NCBI GenBank assembly: GCA_051362555.1
Contig: CM120643.1
Coordinates: forward strand, 1,860,001 to 1,924,000
Source of the DNA: Lingula anatina
Taxonomy: Eukaryota > Animalia > Brachiopoda
DNA length: 64,000 nucleotides
Direction of reading: 5' to 3'
Made by a program: the position numbers and the translations under genes. Of this stretch, positions 1-11,714 are shown piece after piece (position 1 is the stretch's first letter; the number at the start of each line of letters is the position of its first letter). The notes beneath the pieces were generated by a model. The model made no database searches. It was not told where the DNA came from and was given only the letters and a program-made list of their open reading frames with translations.

Positions 1-237
1 TTTGGGGAGAGGATATGTTGCTCAGAAATTGTCATCTACTGTGTCTGTTACATTTCGAGGTCACTGCTTAGTACTCAATACTCTTACCATAAAATGAAAT
101 GATAAACAAGAAAATCAAAATAGAAAATAGAAAATAAAATTTATATGTCTTTAAGATATTATAATCAAATTGGCGTATCACTACCAAAGGCCATCCCCTA
201 TGAACAAGTTGACTAGTGGTGACAACAGGAACGCCAC

Positions 238-285
238 CACGTGACTAAAGGTATAAAAGCGCGGAATTTTGAAAGTGCATTCACT
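238..285 (+). promoter_or_regulatory. Pol II core promoter: E-box, TATA box, Inr-like site
   Basis: CACGTGAC 238-245, TATAAAAG 252-259, TTTGAA 268-273 and CATTCACT at about 278 (about 26 nt after TATA), followed by a GTGAGT donor at 357. Confidence 0.6.
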
Positions 286-950
286 CAACTGCGGACAGAT
301 CTAGAGCAACAGGAAGGACGTCGTGTGCTGCGTCCTGTATCAAGCACAAAGGACACGTGAGTCGACTCGCATTTCTCCGAATCTTTGCTCATCCTACGTC
401 AACGCATCGCTCTTCGCCATATTCGCACACGCAGACGTCTAGACGGTGGATTCGGCGTTTCTCTAAGCTGGCCAGCTACAACCTTCGCTTCTCCCCACGA
501 GGAATCGTCGCTCAGGGATCTTCGCAGGATACTGCACCTTTTTGCTGTCGTGGGCTAGTCGTAGTGTCATTGCATTATTGCATGCTTTCCAGGTTTCTTT
601 TTTATTACAGGTCCAGGAAGCAGACTGCAAACTGCTAGATAAGGTTAGAAAACTCATTAACTTTTTTTTCTCTCTGTTCACAGAGTTCCAAGGCAGCGGG
701 GCAGGGGGCAGCGTCCAGCGAGCACTGACATGGTCTGTCTACGAGGTGGCTGCCATATGGTGCTTCAATGAGATGGAAACCCCTTAAAGGTAAGCCTGAC
801 TGCAGAGTACTGACATTAGTAGGAAAAGACATTAATCCATTTTTCGTTCTGTAAACAGAACTCGATTATGGCGATTCTTGAAGGTATATAATCTTTTTTG
901 AGTTTGAGAAATGAAAAAAAAAAAAAAAACCTATTTTTTTATGTTTACAG

Positions 951-2203
951 AGCATAGAAGACGATGAGCGCCACCTGTGGGACTTCGACTACACTCCTTA
1001 AGGTATGTAATCTTTTTTCTTTTTGGAAGTGGAGTTTAAGAAATGAAAGAAATCTAATCTCGTTTTTATTTCTGTTTACAGAACATAGAAGATGATGAGC
1101 GCCACCGGTGGGACTTCGACTGCACTCCTTAAGGTATGTAATCTTTTTCTTTTTGGTAGTGGAGTTTAAGTAATGAGAGAAATCTAATCTCGTTTTTATT
1201 TCTCTTTACAGGACATAGAAGATGATGAGCGCCACCGGTGGGACTTCGACTGCACTCCTTAAGGTAAGTAATCTTTTTCTTTTTGGAAGTGGATTTTAGG
1301 AAATAAAAGAAATCTAATCTCGTTTTTATTTCTGTTTACAGGACATAGAAGATGAGCGCCACCGGTTGGACTTCGACTGCACTCCTTAAGGTAAGTAATC
1401 TTTTTCTTTTTTAAAGTAAAGTTTAAGAAATGAAAGAAATCTAATCTCGTTTTTATTTCTGTTTACAGAACATAGAAGATGATGAGCGCCACCGGTGGGA
1501 CTTCGACTGCACTCCTTAAGGTATGTAATCTTTTTCTTTTTGGTAGTGGAGTTTAAGAAACAAAAGAAATCTAATCTCGATTTTATTTCTCTTCACAGGA
1601 CATAGAAGATGATGAGCGCCACCGGTTGGACTTCGACTACACTCATTAAGGTATGTAATCTTTTTTCTTTTTGGAAGTGGAGTTTAAATAATGAAAGAAA
1701 TCTAATCTCGTTTTTATTTCTGTTTACACAACACAACTGCAAGAAGAGGGCCAACATCTACACTTCAGCTACTTCGACCATTCATTGGTGCCAGCGAGTC
1801 CTGCCATGGTCTGTCTGCAAGGTGGCTGCACTGGGGAAGCGTCCAGCGAGTCCTGCCATGGTCCGTCTACGAGGTGGCTGCACTGGGGAAGCGTCCAGCG
1901 AGTCCTGCCATGGACCGTCTACGAGGTGACTGCAATTTACAGGAAATAGAAGATGAGCGCCACCTGTGGGACTGCGACTGCACTCCTTAATAAGGTATGG
2001 AATCTTTTTCTTTTTGGAAGTGGAGTTTAAGAAATGAAAGAAATCTAATCTCGTTTTTTATTTCTGTTTACAGGACATAGAAGATGATGAGCGGCACCGT
2101 TCGGACTTCGACTTCACTCCTTAAGGTATGTTATCTTTTTCTTTTTGGAAGTGGAGTTTAAGAAATGAAAGAAATCTAATCTCGTTTTTATTTCTGTTTA
2201 CAG
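951..2203 (+). repeat. Tandem ~130-bp units, each a 52-nt exon plus a ~78-nt intron (about 8 copies)
   Basis: Unit: (A/G)ACATAGAAGATGATGAGCGCCACCGGTGGGACTTCGACTGCACTCCTTAAG|GTATGT...AATCTAATCTCGTTTTTATTTCTGTTTACAG. Donor, CTAAT branch-like site and acceptor are retained in most copies. Confidence 0.9.
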
Positions 2204-2264
2204 AACACAACTGCAAGAAGAGGGCCCACATCTATACTTCAGCTACTACGACCAATCCTTGGTG

Positions 2265-3165
2265 CCAGCGAGTCCTGCCATGGTCTGTCTGCGAAGTGGC
2301 TGCACTGGGGAAGCGTCCAGCGAGTCCTGCCATAGTCTGTCTGCGAAGTGGCTGCACTGGGGAAGCGTCCAGCGAGTTCTGCCATGGTCTGTCTACGAGG
2401 TGGCTGCACGGGGGAAGCGTCCAGCGAGTCCTGCCATGGTCTGTCTACGAGGTGGCTGCACAGGGGAAGCGTTCAGCGAGTCCTGCCATGGTCCGTGTAC
2501 GAGGTGACTGCAATGGGGAATCGTCCAGCGAGTCCTGCCATGGTCCGTCTACGAGGTGACTGCAATGGGGAATCGTCCAGCGAGTCCTGCCATTGTCCGT
2601 CTACGAGGTGACTGCAATGGGGAATCGTCCAGCGAGTCCTGCCATTGTCCGTCTACGAGGTGACTGCAATGGGGAATCGTCCAGCGAGTCCTGCCATGGT
2701 CCGTCTACGAGGTGACTGCAATGGGGAATCGTCCAGCGAGTCCTGCCATTGTCCGTCTACGAGGTGACTGCAATGGGGAATCGTCCAGCGAGTCCTGCCA
2801 TGGTCCGTCTACGAGGTGACTGCAATTGGGAATCGTCCAGCGAGTCCTGCCATGGTCCGTCTACGAGGTGACTGCAATGGGGAATCGTCCAGCGAGTCCT
2901 GCCATTGTCCGTCTACGAGGCGACTGCAATGGGGAATCGTCCAGCGAGTCCTGCCATGGTCCGTCTACGAGGTGACTGCAATGGGGAAGCGTCCAGCGAG
3001 TCCTACCATTGTCCGTCTACGAGGTGACTGCAATTGGGAAGCGTCCAGCGAGTCCTGCCATTGTCCGTCTACGAGGTGACTGCAATGGGGAATCGTCCAG
3101 CGAGTCCTGCCATGGTCCGTCTACGAGGTGACTGCAATGGGGAAACGTCCAGCGAGTCCTGTCAT
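2265..3165. repeat. 52-bp GC-rich minisatellite, 17 full copies plus a partial
   Basis: CCAGCGAGTCCTGCCATGGTCCGTCTACGAGGTGACTGCAATGGGGAATCGT with exact 52-bp period from 2265 to 3149; about 3 further copies at ~1790-1935 and single diverged copies at ~714 and ~4017. Confidence 0.95.
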
Positions 3166-6100
3166 GTGGTGTTTCAATGAGATGGAAAATCCTAAAAGGT
3201 AACCCGTGTTATTGGGGAGAGCAATATACTAAAATGATTTACTTTTAGTTGTAGTCCGTGCCATAAACTTTTCACCTTACTGGCTGTTTGGACCGCCTTA
3301 CTTTCCTAACTCTTAGTTTTGACCAAAAAATGAATTTTCCTGGAGTAAACAACAATGTTCCCATACTTACCAAGGGTGAATGAATCCATTTTTCATTCAA
3401 AGTTAGTCCGTTTTTTTAAAGTTTGTTTTTTTGTTAAAATATCTTAAGAGATTATAACAGAGTACAGTCATCAATGGAAGTCACGTGAACTAAAGACAAG
3501 CTTAGATATCAGAATAATAGCTATAATTGCTGTTTTTGTGGTAAAACAATATATTATATTTCTATGAGCTGTTCACAATGCTTTTATTGTGAAATAAAGA
3601 TATCATACGAAGAGTTATTATCCCTTTAAATCTAGAAGTCTGAATCTGGATTTACTGGTCCAAATACAAATTTGAATAGGAATGGACTGTATTGCATTAA
3701 TATTTGTATTAACAAGACCTTGTCATTTAAAATTGTGATTTAACAGTTAATTAAATAAATTAAATCAAACCTAAAGCTCTTTTGAAAACTTGTAGAAAAA
3801 TCTATCAACCACGTTACTAAATTGACACATTCTAGAAATGTACTGGTTTAAACAATTTTGCTGGACGCAGACTGCTTTTAATTTTGAAAACTTATTCCAT
3901 TTTCGTTTCTGTTTACAGAACTCAGTGATTGCAACTCCTGATAGTTCCCAGTTTTCAAAAGAAGTGCAAGAAGAGCGGCACATTTGTTTATTTCTATCAG
4001 TCCTTGGTCCATGATTCAGTCCTGCCATGGTCTGTTTATAAGGTGGCTGTATGGGAGAACATCAGAAACATGTGGTGTTTCACTGGAAAGCCTTAAAAGG
4101 TACATGTAACTCATTTTTCTTGGGAAAACAAAAAACACAAGTGGTTTTTTGATACCTTGGAAAAATAAAGCCCTTGGCCACATTAATTTAACAGCTTATA
4201 TTCACAAGTCAATGTATCTTAACTTTGACCACATTCCTGGGATTGGGTGATATGGGTGGGGGTGAGAAAAGTAAAGAGGGAACTTATACCTTATTCATTT
4301 TTATTTTGTAGTTGAGGCAGATAGCATTTGCGAGCTCCTGCCCTGATGACGGTCCATTTTAAGAAGGTTAAAATGGACCAAGCTGAATCATATGGTATTT
4401 CAAGAGTTACAGCCTTCAAGGTAAGTTATTGGACAGGATAAGGGTAAACAATGAACTAGATTAACTATTTGAATATTACGAATGTTTTATCTATGTATAT
4501 TAACTAAATGAGAATTTTGTGAAAAGTGATGAAATTGATTTAAATTAAAGAAATTGTTTGGAAACTGTCGTCTACTCACTAATTGTTGCTTGTTCTGTAT
4601 TTACAATTAACTCTAAGAAATTCATAGTGCACAATATTTAGAGGTCAAAAGCTCTTTTAATTTGTCGCAAATTTGGAAAAATCTTATCACTCATACAAAC
4701 TATTTTGATATGCCATCGGCCTACTTTTATTTCAGATCTTTATCAGTCTTGGCTTGCCGCAGGGGCGTTGTTGCTGGTCCAGAATACCAATTGCACCCCA
4801 GTGCTGAGGTTGTAGTACAAGTGAGTATCAATATTCATTTCTTTTTATATTGTGCAGATCGTTAGGCGTTTCCCCGGTCTGTACGTCTTCCTTTATACCT
4901 CTTGTTCTCCAGTCACTTTCTTTTGATAGAATCTTGGCACTCTCCCAATCGATGTTTTTTCGTGGTCCGTTACGTGAATTGTTTCTTATTAAAGCCTACG
5001 ATTAAATATGTATCCTTCTTAACTCGAAGAATAATCTTAGAGCAGTGTCTGTATATAGAGATTTGGCAAAAACGAACATCACATTCCTAAACATAGCATC
5101 CCTTAACTTGTATGTACTGATAGCCAAGTGTCTAAATTAGTTATTAAATAATTCAATCATATATTACTATTTTCTTTCCTTAAGAAAAGGCAGAAAAGTA
5201 GCATGGACAGCCAACAATTTTAACATGTAACATTTCAAGGTGAAATAAATCATTACTTTTTAAAAAATTACATTCAACACATTACATTCATTTGTAGGCT
5301 ACGAAAAGAGATTTCCAGAAATGATGCCCGAAGACAAACATCTTCAACCATAGACCAAATATCCAAGATGTGAAACACTTCACAGCGCTAGCAAGGAGCC
5401 CTGTAACCACTTTTCATTGATGATTGGACGTCCTAGCAGTCTTGGTTTTGAAGGATACAACTTGTTCTGCTAACAAATATAGAGAATGTGCAATGGAAAT
5501 GGAGAGCAATATGCTGAGTATAATAGGAATGCAATCTAATAATGGACTCAAGGCTTTTGGATTATAAAAATATTTGGGTTTCATGGGTCACTAACTTTTG
5601 TCGAGTGTAATTGTACTAAGTTTTGTTTTTCACTTGTGTAAGTGATGTTTTATTACAATGGCTGAAGGTCTGAATGATCATTCTAAATTCCATGCATTCC
5701 AATTGAATAGGATAAGGCTTGGTTATGTATAAAAATGTGTTAAGTCTACCTCTTCAGATATAATAATAATCATGTTAATGATTTTAATTGCATATCCAGT
5801 TGCTGTATACATTCTAAATGCAGATAGTTTTTTGCTCACAAAAACATTCGCATTTCCACCACTTATGGTCGACGTCGTCTGTGTTTTGTTTCAATCTTAG
5901 TGCAGTAGTCTTTTCTGAAATTTGTGCTTTTGATGATGTGGAGTTGTTTGTCAGTAAGGCATTTGAGAAGGTCTTAACCTGCACACTAACCTTACTAATA
6001 AACCCTCACATCTTTGTAAAATATGACTTCATGTAAACGCTTTTACATGAAGAGATTTTACATTGATAGCCTGTGCAAAATCTGCAATGAAATATTTTAC

Positions 6101-6300
6101 ATGTGAAAATATTTCATTTTTTTTGCACAGTCTGCTCTACTTGAGAGATGCCATCATCTCTCAAGATAGAGATCACATTACTAACATTCAGATTTTCTCA
6201 AGTGTTATACTTGACAAATAAATCCACTTCATCATATATGCACCTTTTCTCCGGATCAACCAAATTCAAATTGAAACTTAGATGGACGGTCAAACAGTGA

Positions 6301-6929
6301 TGTGAGATGCGAAATAATTCGAAGCAAGCTTGCTTTATTCTCAGCTTGTATCATATAGGTAGTGGGGATTTCAGGGCAAAATGAAAATTTAGAAATTTTA
6401 TAGTTTTAGGTATTTTATCCAGAGTTATGTCTTAGTTTAGTTTAAATCATTGAGATACCCGAGTTATAGTTATATTACTTGAATCTGTTTATTGTCTGTT
6501 TATGTTATCGTTAGAAATTTCAGGACTGAGCGACTTTATTTATGGCTTTGCCCCCCTGGATAAAGTTTAAACTAGTTTCGTGTTAAGTCTCTAGTAAATG
6601 TTTCGGGTTGGCTTCAGTGCATCTTTCTGTATGAATTACTTTGGTAAATATATTTATCTTGTATAGTATATATAGAGAATAGTTTGTAGTCACGAAAGTT
6701 AATTCAGTCGTGCCGTGCTGTCTAAAACGGGACGATATTCATGAGCTTGTAAGGCGCTGTAAAAACTGTTATCCGGGCATGGGCACTTTCCCGGCATTCC
6801 CCAAGAAGGGTTTAGACGGGTTTTTCCCCACGGCCCGAGAGGATCTGGTACCAACCTCTGACCATCAAAATTTGGCTTTAGTGCCTCTTTCTGTATGAAT
6901 TACTTTGGTAAATTTGTTTATCTTGTACA
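6301..6929. mobile_element. Possible solo LTR
   Basis: TGT...ACA ends, flanks GTGA/TTGA (3 of 4 match), internal ~48-bp direct repeat (~6616-6663 and ~6880-6927), AATAAA motifs on the minus strand. No coding support. Confidence 0.3.
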
Positions 6930-7768
6930 TTGATGGGCTATTTGCGTTTCGTTGTGAGATGATAAAGACGGGAATGGAAAATGTAAACTTTCAGTAAAAC
7001 TACCGTTTTTTAATCCATTGCGTTTACGTATAGTAATTCATTAATGATTACTTGCAAATCCTATTGGAATTGGATGTAACTGTTCATCATTGAACTTGAT
7101 AGTTGAATAAAAATTATATTCTAAACTTGATTTACTCTTTTGTAATTACTTTGATGCCGATTTCTTCCATAAAACCAGACGATGTTAAGTAAATAAATAA
7201 ATTTTTGGTTTTAGAAACAATTTTGCGGTGTTGCGCAACGTTTCAATTTGGGAATAACTCACAATACCAAGACTCATGAGTTGGAATAGAGCACCTAGAA
7301 TTAAGTTCCGTTACGTCATTTTGGTCTAAATATTTTTTGTTATGGAGTTATTAGCCCCTCAATACAGATTTTCTTGAAACAAAGGCAGTATTTTGCTTTA
7401 TCAACAATGCAGTATGAACTAATTTTTTTAGAAAAATTGCTGGCAGGGTTTTGGAGTAGTAAAAGGAAAACATAAACACACATGATTGCGATTTTGGGGT
7501 AAAAATTGAAAAATATGTTTCTCAAAGTTCTCCTTTACTCGCGTAAGCCGTACCTGTTACCAAAATTAACTACTCTTGCTTCATATTTTATCTCCTCTTT
7601 CTTAAACCCTTGTAGTTGTATCCTGGACTGAAAAACGCATATGTCGCAATGTTCCATCTTTCATGATCTTTCCTTCTAAACAGAGTTGAAAAAGTTTAGT
7701 TGTTGCTGATATAGTTACCAAAACGCAAGCTATTCTTTGTTATTTTATCATAGACAATTGACAGCCAA

Positions 7769-8843
7769 ATGGATGCTGCAGAGTTCCGTGTTCGTGGGAA
7801 AGAAATAGAAGACATGGTGGCTGATTATTTAGAGAACGTGCAGAATCGTCCAGTATATCCTGCAGTACAGCCCGGTTATATGCGCCAGCTCCTTCCGGAA
7901 ACTGCCCCAGAAACTGCTGAGTCATGGGAGGACGTTATTGGTGACATAGAGCGGGTAATTATGCCTGGGGTAAGTGCTTATAGGCACACAGGTAAATTAT
8001 CGTTTGCGCATGCGCCACGCGGCTAAATATAAAATACTCATGGCAAAATATACAGTTGATTTTTAGTATATTGGCTTTACTGTCTTTAAGAGATGAGCAT
8101 TAGTTTAGCGTACAAGGGTTGCAGTTTAAAGAGGATTGTTTTTTAATTGAATCTGAATTCTTTCGTTTTAGTCGGTTTCCTCCCTTGAGAAAAAGGCAGG
8201 ATAATCACTTAAATCTAATTCAAATTCATAGTCATACAAAAAGTGTTGTATATAAAATAGAATATTGTTTGTAACATTTCTGCTAAGAAGTTAATGGTTA
8301 ATAATCTCTATATTATATTTTTTGGCACGGTTTATATATTTTGTGTCTATAATCTTTATCAAACAATACTCAAGACAGCGCACTGGAATCACTCGCAGTT
8401 CCATGGCTATTTCCCTTCAGCCAGGTCCTACGCTGCCATCTGTGCCGACATTCTCTCCGATGCTATGGGTGGTCTTGGATTTACCTGGGTAAGCTGAGTT
8501 TTTCTACTGTACACCGGAGGACACAAGATTTCACAAAAGTGGGGGTGTGGGTGGGGGGGGGGGGGGAGGGGGGCTGGAAACTGACTTGTATTTTATTTAT
8601 TGTTCGATACCATTAGAAATGAGACTCTTCCATGCATGCTGAAAGCATGCACAATGAGGCGAGTTTCCAACCCTCTGAAACTCAGGGTGAAGCAAAGACC
8701 TTTTTGTTATTTTCTTATCAATTACAGGAAAACGCGGGCTTCTTTTCTTTTCCCAGGCAGCCAATCCGGCATGCACGGAGCTGGAGATGATTATGATGGA
8801 CTGGTTGGGGAAGATGCTGGATTTGCCAGAGCAGTTTCTATTC
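7769..8843 (+). pseudogene. DDC: Aromatic L-amino acid (DOPA) decarboxylase, 5' part only
   Basis: Exons 7769-7969 (MDAAEFRVRGKEIEDMVADYLENVQNRPVYPAVQPGYMRQLLP...IMPG), 8375-8488 (TAHWNHSQFHGYFP...GFTW), 8757-~8843 ([29 protein letters not shown]). Homology stops before the expected GGGVIQ and no later DDC exons were seen. Confidence 0.85.
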
Positions 8844-9350
8844 GTTTGTTGTTATTTTAGGCGACCAAGACTGTGAAGTCCTGGTCATGTACTTCATATG
8901 TAATCCAGAGTAGACACTACTCCAATGGAGGTTTGTAAAGATTCCATTATATTGTAATGTAACGTTATTTATTCATTTTTTTTTTAGTTTGATGTAGTTG
9001 TTGTGTGGGTATGTGTGTGGGAGGTGGGGTGATGATATCAATATATATTATATTGATCTTGTTCATAAAAGAAAATTTAAGGATACAACAATTTTTTGAT
9101 TGGTGTACTTACATCCAATACCAGTAAAATCTGCCAATCATTTGTTGATCATGGTTTTTTGTTTTGCACTAGAAGATTATAAGGCATTGGTGGCTAAATC
9201 AATCAAAATATTGAAGAGCTTTTGGCACATTATGTTACTAAGACATTTGTGATACTAAACACTAATAGCATACATCACAAATAAAAGCATTTATTTTAAA
9301 CTACAAATCTCTATGTAAATATTTTGAATTATTATTATGTACTGTTCTAG

Positions 9351-11714
9351 AAGCACAAGATCTGGTCGTGATTGGTTCTGGACCAGGAGGCTAGATGTAG
9401 CTGCTATCAAGGCAGCTCATTTGGGCCTGAAGGTAAAATACAGTGCATGGCCTGTTTTTTTCTGTATTGAGAGTTTGCTTGTGTAACTTTTGTTATCATA
9501 GACTAGGCTCAATAGTAGATGTCCAGATGTGCCATTCACAGTAACAGTATACAGTAACACATCAGAATTATTTCATTGCTAAGTCTAGAAAAGCAAACAT
9601 TTAAAAGACAATCTGACTTTGCCATGTGGAAATACTTTGTGAACAGAGCACTTCACCTTCATAGTCATAGCTCAGCATCCTTTTCTGTTGACAGACATTT
9701 AAGTCCAGATATATATTTTTCAAAATATATTTCATATAAGCACATAAGCTTGCATATAAGCTTCTCTCTTTTTAAGGCTTTAAACATAGTATAAAACAAA
9801 ACATTCCCCATTTTTCTTTCAGACCACCTGTGTTGAGAAAGACCCAACTCTTGGAGGGACTTGTCTAAATGTGGGCTGCATCCCACCTGTACCACATGGC
9901 TCACTCCAGATCGCATTTCGGAGTATCAGCCATAACACCGACAGGATGAGCCCTGGCATGGTCAGCTGTCACCTTGATTGGATAGTAAACGATTGTCCTA
10001 AAATCACTATATGATTTTAAAACCGGGTGCATAAATTTGAAAGCCACCTAGATGAACCTTAGACTGCCACATTAATCTAATACAATGCAAAAAAGCCCTA
10101 TCAAAAGTGGTTAAAACATTCAAACCGAATATCGTAAAGTCCCCATATATCCCCATAGAGACAATAAAATAGAGTACTCTAAAGTAAGAGTACAGTTTAA
10201 GTTTGTCCCGCAGTCATGCTACAAATTTGGTTTGGGGTATGATACTCCGAAATGCAATCTGACACACACCTTGAAAATGGGTAGGGTGGTCCGATATACC
10301 TGCTAATTCAGGATCCTTAGGTGCTGAGTCTGGTAGTTGGGTAGGCCTGCATATGCCTCTGCATAGACACCACATAAAAAGGGATTTACTGGCAGTACGC
10401 TAGCACTGAACAGACATTGTATGGCAAATGTAATCTGGGCTTTAGTTGTTTGTGGTAATACTGATATACTTATTTGTTAGATAACCCTCTTAACTACTTA
10501 TTTATTTATTGTCAAACAAATATGATGACTAATTTCTTTTATATAACCTATGTTGAATTGGTAAAAATCAGATTTAATTTTAATATTTTTATTGGTCAGT
10601 ATCAGAATAACTAAAAATTGAAAAAGAAACTTTATAACAGCATTGGAAACACAGAAAAACATAAAAAAGACCATTTAAATCTGCCTCCTACTTACAAGAT
10701 TTGATTTTCTGTTATTATGATCAATTCTTATATATCTTTGAAAATTTAGATGCACTTACACTATCAAAGTAAAAGTAACCTTTTGTAGTTAGTTTTTAAT
10801 AGAGTATTATTGTGACTTAGTACATGTAGTAGCAAATTGTTTCAGGTTGCTGGTGAATTAATCAATGAAGCAGTGTTAGCTATGGAGTATGGAGCATCTT
10901 GTGAAGATGTTCGCCAGGGTCTGTCACGCTCACCCTGTAAGTAACAGCTTTGTTTCATGCACCTTCGAACCTGGAAATTATTATCACCATGCATCTGTAG
11001 ATCCCTCTGACCAAATTCCACACACTTTTGGCCTGTCTGTTTAGCTAGAAGTACTACACTTCTTGATTTTTTAGCCTATCAAATAAACAGTATTGGAAAA
11101 GGTAGAAGTAAATAAAATGTTTACTTGAAAGTTTCCACATGCAAATACATTATCAGTCCTAGGCAGACAAAGTGTCCTGGAACGAACCATCTGAGTTTTG
11201 TCCACATTCAGAGTCAACTGCCATTTATAACACCACTTGTGTACGACATCAAGCATTTACTGCAAGACCTTTTCATTCTTAGCTTAAAGCACAACCGCAA
11301 AAATCAACAGTAATGGAAAGGGCAGAGACATACTGATAATAAAATCATTTTTCCAGTGATCTGAAAAATTGGGTGTTTTCATGTTTCTTTAATTATGTAC
11401 AAATAAATTCGGACCAACATTTGAACGATTATTCAAAGTTGAAAAGGAAAATGTTTTTTTCTACCATTTGCGTTAATTTGTCTCTTTTCATTACAAGCAA
11501 CTAGGAAAGATTTCAAGTATTACAAGTTTACAATATTGCGAAATCAGTTTTGTATTTTTAAAATTTATTTTAATGTGGAGTGATGAGTTTTCTATCGTAA
11601 GGAACTTTAACATGCAGACATATTAAAACTAACACAATTGACTTTTCAGACGGTTGCGGAAGCACTACGAGAGGCCAACCTAGCAGCTTACTGTGGGAAA
11701 CTATCAACTTTTAA
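9351..11714 (+). pseudogene. DLD: Dihydrolipoamide dehydrogenase pseudogene, intron-containing and centrally deleted
   Basis: 9351-9432 DLVVIGSGPGG[+2 nt]YVAAIKAAHLGLK; 9823-~9885 [21 protein letters not shown], broken before SK; 10846-10936 VAGELINEAVLAMEYGASCEDV[+1 nt]ARVCHAHP; 11650-11714 TVAEALREANLAAYCGK[-1 nt]INF*. Middle exons and the first exons are missing. Confidence 0.92.
11071..11280 (-). mobile_element. Non-LTR retrotransposon (CR1/L2-like) reverse transcriptase fragment
   Basis: MLDVVHKWCYKWQLTLNVDKTQMV matches the W..KW.L..N..KT motif that follows YADD in LINE RTs; lies in the last DLD intron. Confidence 0.7.

Larger units (their letters stand above)
279..5600 (+). ncRNA. Putative multi-exon non-coding or decayed transcript made of duplicated exon modules
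   Basis: Candidate exons bounded by polypyrimidine-AG and GT: ~279-356, 611-643, 684-789, 859-883, 951-1002, 1082-1133, 1212-1263, 1342-1390, 1469-1520, 1599-1650, ~1943-1995, 2074-2125, 2204-3198, 3919-4099, 4312-4420, 4736-4820, last exon from ~5298. The repeated 52-nt exon has stops in all three frames. 3' end is approximate. Confidence 0.55.

Noticed and set aside
1609-3079. Cys/Trp-rich ORFs from the ORF track
   Set aside because: They run through introns and the 52-bp repeat, cycling through all three frames; most likely repeat artefacts.
951-3165. CRISPR-like array
   Set aside because: Units repeat in full with no unique spacers, the context is eukaryotic and there are no cas genes.
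2265-3165. Hammerhead or HDV-like ribozyme in the repeat
   Set aside because: No CTGANGA...GAAA core, and only a short CTCGCTGG match on the minus strand without the HDV pseudoknot pairings.
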